A stretch of DNA of 64,000 bases from Nageia nagi (taxonomy: Eukaryota; Plantae; Pinophyta): NCBI GenBank assembly GCA_050084985.1, contig JBITNC010000001.1:172980001-173044000 (forward strand), written 5' to 3'. Shown here piece by piece: positions 1 to 13,470 of this stretch (position 1 is the stretch's first letter; every line of letters begins with the position of its first letter). The notes beneath the pieces are model-generated. The model saw only the letters and a program-made list of their open reading frames with translations. It ran no database searches and had not been told where the DNA came from. The position numbers and the translations under genes were made by a program.

Positions 1-3000
1 GATAAGGGATTGATTGGCCCTACAAAATCAATTCCCCATTTTGTAAATGGCACATCAGCTATAATTGGTTTCAAAGGGGCTATTCTAAATTTCCCTCTTC
101 CAGTAAACTTTTGACATTCTAAACAACTACAAACATATTCCTTGCAATCCTTAAACATGGTATCCCAATAGTATCTAGCTCTAATTATCTTGTATGATGT
201 TGTGATAGGAGAAAAATATCCACCACAAAGTCCATCATGAAATTGTGTGAGGATTTTAAGAATCTGGTTATTTTCAACACATCTTAATAAAATGCCATCA
301 AAATTTTTATGAAAAAGAACATTATCATGTAAATAATACTTTCTTGATTTAACTTTAAAATCTTGTTTCATGTTGAATGATATATGTTTTGGTCTCTATA
401 CTATATTTAAATATCCTAAGATATTATCAAACCAATTTATGTTGTCTATCATGATAATTAATGCTTATGTCTAATGATCTTCCAAAGGAGAAATATTCAT
501 AATAAACTCACATAATCCTTTTCCTCTAACCAATTTAACTAGCTTAAAAACTAAATCATGTTCCTAAATTTTGGCTATCCACAAACATATGATAACACCT
601 AGTTCTATTTATGTTAGAATGGATTTTACCATTAAATTTGGTACAAAAATTGTGACCTATCATACAAAAGGACAAACTTTGAAATTCTTCACTATTTTGA
701 CTACGAAAAATGCTTGTTTTTCTAGGAAAGGGTACTTTTCTTTTGCACTTTTTAGAGAATGGATCATGAAGGTGATTGTATTTTCCTCATCTTTTTCATT
801 CATCTATGTTAATATTGAAGAAACAATATGATATGATGCATAAGTGTACATCTTGAAAGGTTTACTAAAATTAGACTATACCACAGTGGGTGCAATTATA
901 TGAACCTCCTTAATGTTTTTAAAAGCCAATTTTCCTTTGTTAGACCATTTAAATTCCACATTTTATTTTAACATTTTACTCAATGGAAATATGATTTCTA
1001 TAAAATCTTGGATAAATCTTCTCAAAAAATTGACCTTTCTAAAGAAAGATTGTAAATATTTCTTGCTTGGTCGGAATGGAATTTTTTTGATAGCAATTAC
1101 TTGCTATGGATCAATACAAGTTCCTTGTTTAGAGATGATGTATCCCAAGAGCTTCCTTTTAGTTACTCCAAATATTTATTTCTTTGGATTTAATGATATC
1201 CCAAACTCTTTACATATCTCCAATACATGAATACTATGTTTCACTTAGTCTTTTCTATAATTTGAAAAGATTGTCATATCATCTAGATATATGAAAATAA
1301 TTTTATTTATCATATCTTTGAAAGCAAAGTCCATTAATCTTTCGAAAGTAGCTTCCACATTAGTTAACCTAAATGGCATCCTTTTGTATGCAAATGTGCC
1401 CCAAGGAGTAATGAATGCTATTTTAAAATGATCTTCTACAACCCAAATTTGATTATAACCTAAATAACTATCTAATAAAGAAAACATCTTTGAGCCATTG
1501 ATGGTTTGTAAAAGATGATTCATCATAGATAATTGGTAACTATATTTAATAAATGGTAAGTTGAGATTTTTAAATTCAATTCATATTTTGATGTCTCCAT
1601 TTTTCTTTCAAGTCAAAATGATATTTGCTACCTAGGAAGAATGTCTAATTGGATAAATAATATTAGCTGCCAACATTTTCTCAACTTCCTTTTTAATCAT
1701 TCCTTCAATTTTTGGGTTGAAATGATGAGGTTTTTGTATTAAAGGTTTAGAATTATCTTTCAAAGGAATAATGTCCCAATCCAAGTGAAGGGTTAGCTTT
1801 TATCATAGTGTCTAATATATCTAAGGAATCTGCTTGAGAATTTTGATTTTGAGAAATAGAGGTTATATTGAAATAATCAAAAGTTTTAATCATGTCCCAT
1901 ATGAGATGTCTATATGATCATAAATTAGGATTTTTGGTCTAAAATTGATTTTTTTATCTATTTGATGATTAATTCTGCATCCTTAAAACATATCAAATTT
2001 TGAATCTATAATTCTTTCTTTGCTATATTCAAACCTTGATATAAGGCTTCATATTCAGTTATAAAAATGATGTCTGCCCCATTTCCTTCTCTGCATTTAT
2101 TACCATCAAAATACATTTTCCATACATCATTCATATTTAGGATGTTAATTTCTCAATGGATTTGATATGAACTAATTTTTGTATCTTGAAAGAAAATTAC
2201 TGATTGATTTTCTAGTAGATCAACTTCATAAGTAGGAGCTTCTTGAATATTCCCTTAAATCTTACTTTCTCCAAGGATAATCACTCATATTTGTTTAGCT
2301 TTGAGTTTTAGAATTTGTAAAGTATATTTAATTGGGATTTGATTAAAACATCAATCCAAAGAGATTATACCACCTGTAGTTGCTCCAAACTATCTTCTCA
2401 TTAGCATTCCATAAGCAATAGGCATGTCTACTACCAAAATACTCATAAGAATCTTTCAAGATGGAAATGCAGATAGATTAATAGTGATATATTTGACTTT
2501 ACCAACTATTTTTATATTAGAAGAATCCATTTGAAAATAAGAATCTTCATATTTCATAAAATTTAACTTTAAAATATGAGTAACTTTCAATTACATAATG
2601 TTATCTATAGTTTCTAAATCTAAGATATAATTGCACAACTTTCTACTATTCACCCAAAGAGACATGTAAAATGGAGGAAGTCTAGCCATTTTCTATTGAG
2701 CTACATAAACATGTTCTCCAATGTTAACCTTTTCCATAATTATATTTGCACATTTTTTAGCAAGTTTACTGATGTTTAGAAATTCTTTCATATCTTAGGG
2801 ATTGCTTTTCAAAATTTGCAAGATAAAAACATTGGTCATCTTCTTGGATAAATCTTCAACCACACTATATTTCAAACTAGATGGATCTATTTTTATTTTT
2901 CTCAATTTGTATTTCCTTAGATTTCATCTAAATTTTATCCTAAGCTTTATCTTGTTGTTGATCTTGAAGTTTGTTTGAGATCTCATCATCATGGTGTAAC

Positions 3001-5135
3001 ATTAAGAAAATTCAATACTATCTTGGTAGAAAGTTTTTGAAACACCTTCATTATTTCCTTCCAAGAGAAAGTTAGATTATACTTGTTCGACTGGATCACT
3101 ACTTCCCAATAGTACATAATTTTTTGAAATCATTTCCTACAATATATTCATAATAATACCATTATTAGGATCATGTTCATACTTACCAAGATTGCAATAA
3201 GAGTTCAGATTTGAAGATTCTGGTCTATCTAAAGAAATAAAATACTATCTTCATTTCCCTAAAATCTCTTCCATTTTGATTTGGAAATTTTTTGAAGTTT
3301 TGTTGAGGTCTAAATCCCTATTGTGTATTTTGAGTCTATTGAATAGCTATATTGGTTAGTTTCCTTAATAATTCATTTTCAACCTATTTTTGTTGACGAG
3401 CTTCACTTTTATCTTCTTTTCTAGATGATTTAGCATTCTCTTTTATTGATTTAAAAGGTTTATTCATCTTAATTTTTCCTATAGGAATCATAAACTCTTC
3501 ATTTCTAACTACTTCATCCATTGCATTCTAGAATATAGTAGGTTCACAGATGGTTACCATATATCCTAAGTCAAGATCCAGAGCATTGATGAAGAAATAA
3601 TTTTTGACTTGGTCAGCAGGCTACAAATTATTGAGAATTTTATAAAAGATTTTTTTAAAGTGATTTGCTAGTTATGGAACAGATTCTTTATCCTTTTTCT
3701 TTATATGTGAAAGTTCATTGATTAACTCTAATCCCAACACTCAACTTTTGAATCTTGCCAAAAATGCATATGATAGGTTATCCCAACTAGTGATTGACCC
3801 ATAGGAAGGGAATTATACTAGTTTAAGGCAAATTATATAAGAGTTTTGACAAACATATGTACTACAATATCTTCATATTCAACACCATTTACCTCACAAA
3901 AAATGTTGAAGTTTTCAAGATGTTCTTCAATGGTATTACTAGATTGATCTCCTAAAAATCAAGGAAGATCTCTAGTTTCCTTAGGGATCTTGTGTCTTTC
4001 TCCCAATAGATTCAAAGGTCTAGTATTATTTTCCTATATTCATGGAATTCCCTAATTTCCTTCTACCATTTCAAAAATTTTTGTATCAGATTCAAAACAT
4101 ACAAAATCAATTTCGTATTCTTCAAGTGATATACTTCTTATAGGGGTAGGGCTTTTTTTTGAATAAGTGTGATATTTGGATCTATATTTTTCTATTATAT
4201 TTGAATTATTTGTATATATATTTCAAATTTTGTAGGGTAAATATTCCAAGCACTTGTTTTAGCCGATCTTGAGCTTTGAGTTATTCTTTTAGAGGACTTG
4301 CCAATTTGAAAAAATTAGCAATTGATGAAGGATGTTGAACTTTGACTTCTTCTCAATGAAGTTTTAGAATTAAAAGTGAAAGGTTGGACTTCAATTTAGA
4401 GAATAAAATTTAACTTTTGACCTTGTAATCCTTTATTGTCTAAATTGCTATGATCTATTGGATATCCACTAGTTCCCAAGACTTCTTCAAGATAAATTTT
4501 TTCCAAAATCTCTCAACTATCAATAAGCTTCAACCCAATTTCTCATTTGATTTGCAAAAGATATATGTCTCTTCTAATAAATTGGTTGTTTTGTTAATTT
4601 TCTAGTGCTAAATTTCTCTCTTGGATTCTTATCAATAATTCCTATGATAAAGTATTTGAGATTTAATAAACTATATCACCTTCTCTAATAATTGAAGAGA
4701 GATATCTAACACCTAAAGCAACTGAAGTTCATGATGATAGTTGTACTAGATTTGTCTCAATTGGAAGAAAGAAACTTGTATTGAACCTTACTATATCTTC
4801 TTTATCATATTCATAATCTGAATCTGTATTATCTTTGATGATATCTATTTTTTATTCATCAAATGTTCTACTAAAGTTGGAATTTCTGAATTTACTTCAC
4901 TCCAAAAGGCTCTTTCAAGGAAGGTTTTCCTAGATTTTTTATTTTTGATCTAAAGTGTGGCTAGGATGTATCTTTATTCTATTCTTGTAAACACTTTTGA
5001 TTCAATTTAATCCAAAAGTTTAAAAATGATTTTGTTGAAGAAAAGTGATTTACTCCTTATTTCTTATCGAATCCTTCTAACTTGTTGGTTATCTAAAGTG
5101 TGATATCTTGCAAAGTTAGGATGAGGATTCACCAT
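1..5135 (-). pseudogene. gag-pol pseudogene of the Tat element (integrase ~1-420, RNase H ~480-900, RT ~900-1780, aRH ~1810-2130, protease ~2380-2700, gag ~3500-4030)
   Basis: Domain motifs with many stops and frameshifts; gag motif EEHLENF...GSITSWDNL at ~3750-3950. The ATG at 5135 is tentative. Confidence 0.85.
1810..2128 (-). pseudogene. Additional (archaeal-type) RNase HI domain between protease and RT
   Basis: Manual translation: VWKMYFDGNKCREGNGADIIFI / TEYEALYQGLNIA / DAELIIK / FNITSISQNQNSQADSL. These are the RNase HI D-E-D-D motif blocks, with a short internal deletion. Confidence 0.85.
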
Positions 5136-5146
5136 ATCTTTTCAAC

Positions 5147-5148
<2 letters not shown>

Positions 5149-5175
<27 letters not shown>
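5149..5175. repeat. (TA)n microsatellite
   Basis: Direct read, about 13 units. Confidence 0.95.
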
Positions 5176-5180
<5 letters not shown>

Positions 5181-5287
5181 TCTCTTGTTAAAAAAGAGTA
5201 AATTCCAATGTGGTTTTGCACTTAGAAAACTTTCCAAGTGTCTAATTTGTTTAAGTCAACTAACCAAAGGGTAGTTCTTAACTCACT

Positions 5288-5305
5288 TCCCTAGTGGAGT
5301 TGTTA
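5288..5305 (-). promoter_or_regulatory. Primer binding site (tRNA-Arg type, Tat/Ogre-like), decayed
   Basis: Minus strand TAACAACTCCACTAGGGA versus the Tat/Ogre consensus TGGCGACTCCACTGGGGA (four G>A changes), 4 nt after the LTR end ...AATAACA. Confidence 0.8.
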
Positions 5306-6339
5306 ATTTTGTTATTCACTTTTTCTTATCAAGGGAAAAAGGGGACAACAAGAGATCTATGATCCTCCTTTTAATGAGGTGATCCTTGATGTGTTTGCTT
5401 AATGCTAATGGATTGTGCAAGACTTATGTTATATTTCTCATAATCTTTCCCATAATTAGATTAAATAGTTGCTCCACTAATTCTAGAAAAGTAATCAATG
5501 ACTTAATATTTGTAACTTGATTGCATTAGACTTGCTCAATTTATCCAAGTTACAAGGAAGATAGTAATATGTTTCACATAAGTATCTCTTCACTTATTGA
5601 ATGGATATTTTCATATTTTTTATAATTTTTTTCACTTTTTTCGTCAAAATGTGCAATGATTTACTTTATTTCAATCATGACTTTTCTTATCCTTGAATTA
5701 AATGATCATTCTACTAATTCTAGAAAAGTAAAACAATCACTTAACTATTTTAACCCAGCATAAGAATCTTGCTCAAGTTAATCAAGTTATAAGTAAATAA
5801 TGATGTCTCATATAGATTGTCTTACATTTAGTTTATTTTACTCCTCTTTTACAAGCACTTAGTTTATTCAATGATATATTATATTGCATATAGACTTGAA
5901 CAACACATCACATTTTTTTCACTAACTCAAATGCTAATTGCTCTTCAAGTTTACAAAAAGATAATATTATCCAAGTATAGGAAATGAATTACTGCAAAAA
6001 GACTTGAAATTCATCTCATCACTCAAACAAGTATCAAAGAAATAAACACACATAAGTTGGATGTAAAAGATTCTATCTTATTATTGTAGAAGCTTCAAAG
6101 AGCAAATTTCAAAATTTAGAGTGCCAAAGAGAGCATTACAAATGAGGCCCTTTTCCCTTTAAGTAATGTCTAAAAGTAGTTAGGTTTGAAACAAAACCCT
6201 AACTCCTTTGAGATACCCTAACTACATTAAGAAATCCTAATTATATTATTATCAAAATTTGGCTGTCTGAAAATTAGCCATCTCAAAAAAGATAGTTTAA
6301 AAACTTTTAAAAATTAAACTAACTTTGGAAACTAAAAGG

Positions 6340-9300
6340 ATAACAAATTTTCTAACATCTTTAATCCCCTTTACAACTCTACTGAGAATCATAATAAATT
6401 TTCTTCAATTTAGTGTTGAAGAAGGAGGAAATTGAGCCATCATTTTTGTAACCTTTGCCTTGATATCTCCTTTTGAGAATTTTTGAACTCTATCATGACC
6501 TTCCATCAATCCTTGATATTGAAAAATAATTTTCCCTATTACCCATTTTTGGATTTTTTGATGTGCAATCTTAGATTGGGAAATCCAAGATAGTGTTCAT
6601 ATGCTGCAAAGGTATCATTAGGATCTTTTGATTTTAATTTCCTTTCCAAGAGTTCTTTTAAACTTGTTTTAACTTCATCATCATTCCTCCACTGGTTGGA
6701 TTCATCTAGGATTTGAATATCTATCAAATCAATAATATCCTTATTCTCCTGGTATACTCTTTCAACTTCTTCTTTAAATGCATGGCACTGTTGCTTTGTA
6801 TTTGACAACTAGTCAAAAAGGAATGAAAACTCTTTGTAAAAATTCAACAACTATTCATCATTAATAACCTCCCATTCAATTCTTGCTACATTTTCTACTT
6901 CATATCACCATTGATCTACAAATTTATTTATATTAGCTTCAATGCCATGTAACTAAAAATTGATATTATCAAGGTAAATGAGGTCATGATATGCATTTGG
7001 AAAGACTCTAGTTGCTTTTTCCATTAATTTATCAATCCTCTTCTCAAATTTATAACCTGTATTATATTTAGACTTCAATTCATCTTTGTCAACCCCAAAA
7101 TTCATCAAACTCCTTTAAAGTTTTCTTTATTTTCTTCATTTCACTTTTGAGCTTATTTACCTTTGATTCCTTCTCCTATGCTACTTTTGTCAAATTATTT
7201 GTGTCTTGATATATAATGTATTCATTTGACTTGATTCCAAATGACCAAATGTCATACTCCATAGTGCTAACATTTATTTGTCTCTTATCCTTGGGTTTCT
7301 TGACATTGGTGGAAATATTGCTTACTCGTAAGGTCTCTTTTTCAAATTCTACCATAATTGGCAATTAATGGGGAATAGGGACAACTTCTTGACTTGTATC
7401 TTTTGGTGCCTTTTCCTCTTCACTTCCACTACTAATTTCCTCAAGTATTTTAGGTATGCATCAATATCTATATTTTTCAGAAGATTCTTAGAGCTAAGAT
7501 GATCAATGGTTGTGTTGTCATCAATCAAGATAATTTGCTTATTATGTTTCTCTTATTTTATTTTCTTTCTCCTCTTTTCATTCTCTTCATCATCATCATC
7601 ATTGTTATCATTATCTCCATTTCCATCACCACCAACTATTCTAGATGAATGTTTAGATGAATTCTATGAACTTGAAATTTTATGGAGAGTAAGAGCTTTC
7701 TTAGTCTCAAATCGAGTGATAGGGCACTTTGTAGTTTGAGTAGATCCCTTGGTGACTTGTTGAAGAGGAATATTTAAAACTACCCCTTATTTATGGGATC
7801 CTGTGGGGGTGGAGGAAGAGTAAGTGGTGATCAAATCCAACCTAGAAGAACCTTCATGAGAAATATGTACATTTTCTTTTATCTCCCCTTATTCTTCTTT
7901 AAAATCAATGATATTTACATATTCTTCTTCCTCTTATATATGAGTATTTGTTGTTGGACCAGGATCTTGATATTCTTTAAATCCTTCTTTAGCTTGCTCA
8001 TTACCTTATTTTTATTCTTATCCTTCTTATTCTCCTTCTTATTCAATGCTATGAGTCCTTGATCTTGATCTATGGTTGGACATTAATTGGTTATCATCAT
8101 TTGAATCATCAGAGATGCTAGAAGAACTACTACTGGAAGAAGGATTTCTATTAGGAACTGTAGTATGACTACTTTCTCCACTTTCAAGTTGAGATTTTGG
8201 GTGTACTACTAATACATTAATTATTTTCAAAACATCAACTCTTTGCATTGAGCCAAATTGGTTAAAGTTGGATCCTTGGTAAAATCTTGCTTAGTTGTTT
8301 GTTGAGTTGTAGGATGTGACAAGTGACTCTTAGTACTTGCATCTCTTGATATTCTTTATATTTTCTCTCTTTCTTCTTAACCTAATTTGTTTTGATATCC
8401 TTTGAATCTCTAGAATTGAATGTAAATTTCTAAATTTCTCCAAATGGCCAAGGTATTGATGTTTGTAATTTGTGTGAAACTTTTGAAAAAATCCATCAAT
8501 TACTCTAGTTGGACCATAATTGTTTTTAGTGCATGCTTATCAAAACCATATCCTTTGATTTCACACTTAATTATTTCAACTTTTAACCAATTGTTGCAAC
8601 AATACCATGACTAGGTGATGGGCATTTTGATGGGTGCTTCTTTATTTTCTTTAGCAAATTTGTCATGAAATTAAAAAGCCTATCTAACAAATTCTAAAAA
8701 CACCATTCTATCATTGAGATATTGCAGTAATTTAAGGGGAGCCACATTCATGCCAAACACTCTGATGTAATAATTATCAAATTATTCTAAGTACAAATCA
8801 ATAAACATTTTCAAAAAATCACAACCTTCAATGGAAATTTTGGGCTATGTTGTGGTCATTTCATCTCCTTAATTATGGTATATTCTCATTCATCTATTCT
8901 CATTTGAATATAGCTCCACTCTCCAGCCTTGTGGAACTTGGGGTAGCCCATATATATAGCTACCTTTCTATTGAAAATGATTCTTTTAATACCATGGGCC
9001 CTTTGCTAATTCTTACCATTGAGTAGTTAAAAGACTAAATAGGACATATAAAATAAGGATCTTGTCTTCTTGACTTGTTTGAGCTCCTCAATCATACCAT
9101 TACTGATAACTTGACTCCAACATATGCTATCTCCTTTGTTAAATCTATAAAAGAAACTAAATATTTCCTTCTTAAAATTAATGTCAATATATTTACCCAA
9201 AATCCTACACAAGAAGCTGATGGTTTTGTTTGAGGTATCATGCAATAGGCATATTTGAGCTTTCATTACAATTTGATGAGCTAGGCCATGATTTTCTAGT

Positions 9301-9712
9301 TTTAACAAAGATCAGATGAAATCACTGGGCCTATATTTTTTATTATGTTCTTCATATTTCTTATTGATATCTTCTTGAGTCAAAATAATCCCATATTTAG
9401 ACCAATTCATAGCTTTCTCAATACCTTCTTTGGTCAAATCTATAATAACTATTCCTTTTGCATCAATGACCACTCATCTTGTGAAATCAGTATTCTTTGC
9501 TACTTCCAAAACCAACTCTAGAAAGTTTACTAAAAATGGAATAACTACATATATGAAGAGTCTAGAGGAATGGAAGACATATTTTTCTCTAACTTCTTTT
9601 GGAATACTCTTTGCTTCTATCAGTATAAAAATTGGGTCAATATGATTGTATTTTGGGTCTCTTATGTTCTCTAGCCTATCATAGTAATGGCCTCTTTTTT
9701 TTACTTTCCCAT
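6340..9712 (-). pseudogene. Large accessory ORF (~1100 codons, decayed) inside the putative LTR; conserved N-terminal domain, low-complexity middle, coiled-coil-like C-terminus
   Basis: Coding-like remnants (ORFs 9027-9308, 8039-8248, 7176-7364, 6539-6808) and ATG at 9712. Motifs IRDPKYNHIDPI, IPFLVNFLELV, FYMSYLVF and YIRVFG...DRMVFLEFVR are shared with 45990-50422. The 3' end is approximate. Confidence 0.75.
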
Positions 9713-10640
9713 CCTTCTAAAATTCTATAAAATTGCTCTTGGTAAGTCAAGAGTAACCGCCAAAATCCTTGTTTAATTTTCTCATCTTGAAAATAATAAG
9801 GGTCAAGTTTAGCCATCATTTTGATGCAAGGTAAACAAGTGCAATTTTATCAAAATTTCATTTTTCAAAAATTACTATTTTTTGTTTAGTCGCATTGATT
9901 TATCAACATAAGTAGGTGCAATAAGCAAAGTTACTTTAGGCATGATCTTATTATGATGCATAAATGTAAAACTTTAATCATATTGGATTGGAATCAAACT
10001 CAATGCAACTATAATAACTTTTAGTCACTATGAGACAAGATGCATCCCAACATGATAAGAAATTACCTTGGCATTTTTCATGAATTCAGTCGCTTCAATG
10101 TTTAATGTGAGATGATGCGATGAGGATATATTTCAGTTACTTCCAATAATAGACCAAAAGGATATGACTATATCATGGTTTGGTCATTGGGAGTATAAGT
10201 ATAATTCCATGCGATAATTAAAAACTTCATTTTATCATATGACTTTAGTCATTGTGGATATGATGTTAAACCAAAGAGACAAAAAAAGGTCATGGTCATT
10301 ATTGAATGGAGATAAATCTAGTGTGAAAAAAGAATGCTTAGTCGCTATGAGTGAATGTGAAAAATTATGTAGAAAATGAAATGAGCTCTAATATGGCTAA
10401 GTCTTATAGACCTTGACCTCTTTAGTCGGCTCGAAATAGTTTTCAATGAATGGAAACATCAATAATCTTAGTCACTTCATATTAAACTTCAAAACCCTAT
10501 GACAATAGATACCATTTTAGATAGCTTCTCAACTTGATGCAAACACTCTGAACACCTTATTCATGTTGAATAGATAGGTAACACACTCTAATAAAGGCAT
10601 AAAATAAAATACTAGATGATAAATGAAGGGTCTCTCCAAC

Positions 10641-10650
10641 TATTTATAGG
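10641..10650 (-). promoter_or_regulatory. TATA-box-like element ~0.9 kb upstream of the accessory ORF
   Basis: Minus strand CCTATAAATA; function is inferred from motif and position only. Confidence 0.45.
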
Positions 10651-11403
10651 CAAAAGCGACATGAGGAGACATGTGTCAATGATCAAGATAGAGTTTCCCT
10701 AGATCAAATGATGGAGGAGAAATGAGTGGGTGAAAATTGATCGAAGTGAGTGGATGATAAAAAATGGGATGACTAGTCACTTCAAATACTCACTATAGTG
10801 GATGCAACCAAAGGGATTAATAGTCACATTGAGATGAAAATCAAGACGATGCAAAAAAGGAAAAGGTCAAGTTACATTAAGTTTGATATCTATGTGTATG
10901 CAATAAAAGAAATAAAAATATAGTCAAAAATTATCGATTTTTTATTCTAGTTTTGGAAATGAAAATATTTTTTGCTTTTGATTCATAATGAGAACCAACT
11001 TCCACTTTTCAATGTCTAGAATGAACACTTGACTTTGAAAATGGGATTTTAATGTTCATCATTCAATGGTCAAGTAGGATTATGTTTCACTCATGTCTAG
11101 GGTAGGCATTTATGATCAAGCTCAAAGGATGGTATTAAATGGTTTCATGGAAACCAATTTTCATGTTAATGTATAGAATATGCTCTTGCTTTTGAGATGA
11201 AAGATGCTATGCAATGGTCCAAAAAATCTTTTTGTGATAAAAAAATATGATCTTGATAAACATATTTTTGGATTTTTGATTATTTAATTTTTATGAGTTT
11301 TTGTTAATTAACACAAACAACAAAAATAACAAAACTTTTTCTAGATAACTAAATCGAGGAAAAAGTTTGAATAAAAATAATGATCAAAAATTGGTTGGTA
11401 ACA

Positions 11404-13470
11404 TTGTTGAAAATGGTTTTGCTTTAAATATTATGGTTGTGATTGCCCTAATAGACATGTATGCAAAATTGAAATAATACACAAGGCTTGATATTTATTT
11501 GATAAGATGCATGATGTCATATGAAATGATACTTTTTTAAAGTATAGTGTTTCATCATGTAGCCAGTTTCACACCAAACAATTGCATCTACTTAAAAATC
11601 TCTACAAGTCTTTCATTTTGTGCATATTCTACAATCATAGTATTAATCATTATATGTGCATTGTTGACATTCTTGGTCATGCAGGCTATCTTGAGGGAGA
11701 TTTGAACTTCATTTCCAAAATATTCATAAACCCTAAATTGGCTATGTGAATGTGTCTACTTCATGCTTTTAAATAGAATGTTATGGCTTTAAACTTCACT
11801 ACCAAAATAACCATAAATTGTGAATTGGGTGTGCATGAGTCAACTTGGTGCTTGTAAATCAAATGTTGTGGTTTGAGAATGCTATTGCAAGGAAGCTTTA
11901 ACTTCATTACCAAAATACCCATAAACCCTAAATTGGGTGTCTATATGTGTCTACTTTGTGCTCATAAATATAATATTGTGGCTTCTATAGGATACATGAC
12001 CTTTAAACATCATTTTCAAAATACCTATAAACCTTGAATTGGATGTATGGATGTGTCTACATGGTACTTGTAGATCAAATATTGTTGGTTTTTTTGACAA
12101 GATTCATAACACAAATAATGTTTCATAGTATGCAATGATTGCATGATATACAAAATGGGTTTTTTGAAAAAGGCCCATAGATACATGAAATATGTGGAAG
12201 AATAAAACAAGACCCAAGATTTATTTGACAAGATGCATGATTAATACACAATTTCATAGTATACAATGATTGCATGATACACAAAATGGGTTTTCTAAAA
12301 AATCCCATAGACACATTAAACATGTGGAAGAATACATAAGACATAGGATAAGTTTGAAAAAATGCATGATACAAGAAAAATTTCATGGTCTATAATAATT
12401 GTAGGATTCATGGGTTTTCTAAAAGAATGCATAAAAATTCAAAGCACAAACATATATTGTAGAATATAGAATAATACAAGCTAATGGAATGTGGAAGAAT
12501 ACTATGAGGTCATAGGTTGAAATACCTTATTGCACCTCATCTGCTCTCCTCTTGCATCACCAATACACCAAATACCACTAAGTGCCAAAATACTTATAAA
12601 CCCTAAACTAGGTGTGTGGATGTGTTAGATGAAAATAATGGTTTTATGTTTATCAAGTTTTATGTTCCATTTCATTTTACATTCATATGTATCAAGTTTT
12701 ATGTTCTATTTTATTTTTTTTCAAAAAGTGTTAATTGGGTGTGTGGATGTGTCTACTTGATGCTTGTAAATTGAAATGTTGTGGTGATAGTACTATAGAG
12801 CATATTTGAATAATTTCATATCATATGGTACAATAGCATCATTTAAGACCAATATGATGTAATAAGATAATTACATATCATATGTTGGTGCATTTGGATC
12901 ATTTTATATCATATGGTGCACTTGATCATGAGCATATGTTGGTGCATTTGGATCATTTTATATCATATGGTGCATTCTGTTATGAACATACCTTTATCTT
13001 TCATCATTTGTATATATATAAATGGTGATTGGTTAGTTCCATTGGGCCATCCTTCGGTAGCCCATGGTTAGCATCATAATTTGGCTCACTTTGATTGAGC
13101 TTGGGTGCTAAAATACCCATAAACCTAAATTGTATGTGTGGATGTGTCTACTTGGTGCTTTGTAAATCAAATGTTATGGTTTTGAATGCCTGGATAGACA
13201 TGTATGCAAAGTGTAGAACAATATTCAAGGCCCATAGATATATATGCAAAATATGAGCTCTAGAAGAAGGTATGAACATCCATCAAAGAGTAGTTAAAAA
13301 TGGTTTTTCCTTGAATATTGTGGTTGTGACTTCCCTGATATACATGTATGCAAAATGTAAAATAACATGCAAGGCCCAATATTTATTTCACAAGATGCAT
13401 GATGTGATATTTGTACTTGGTGCTTGTAAATTGAAATATTGTGGTAGCATTATTGTAGAGCATATTTGAA
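11404..13470 (+). pseudogene. Mosaic of PLS-class PPR gene fragments
   Basis: ORF 13272-13469 NIHQRVVKNGFSLNIVVVTSLIYMYAKC...LFHKMHDV. The K.P.KP.LGVWMCLLGACK block recurs many times, and a ~130 bp unit (LFDKMHD...AMIA...QNGF) repeats at ~12093-12400. Confidence 0.85.

Larger units (their letters stand above)
1..11403 (-). mobile_element. Ty3/Gypsy LTR retrotransposon, Tat group (TatII-type domain order), decayed; runs off the left edge
   Basis: Minus-strand order: LTR (11403-5310), PBS, gag, protease, extra RNase H, RT (ORF 1245-1526 FITPWGTFAYKRMPF...IYLDD), RNase H, integrase (YYWDTM; LKPIIADVPFTKWGIDFVGPINP at 1-80). Confidence 0.9.
5310..11403 (-). repeat. Putative 5' LTR (~6.1 kb) of the Tat element
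   Basis: Minus strand starts TGTTACCAACCAATTTTTGATC (Ogre/Tat-like LTR start) and ends ...AATAACA next to the PBS, giving TGTTA/TAACA inverted termini. PPR sequence begins abruptly at 11404. The partner LTR is outside the window. Confidence 0.7.

Noticed and set aside
7506-8062. Hydrophobic plus-strand ORFs resembling membrane proteins
   Set aside because: Antisense of the K/E/D-rich region of the accessory ORF.
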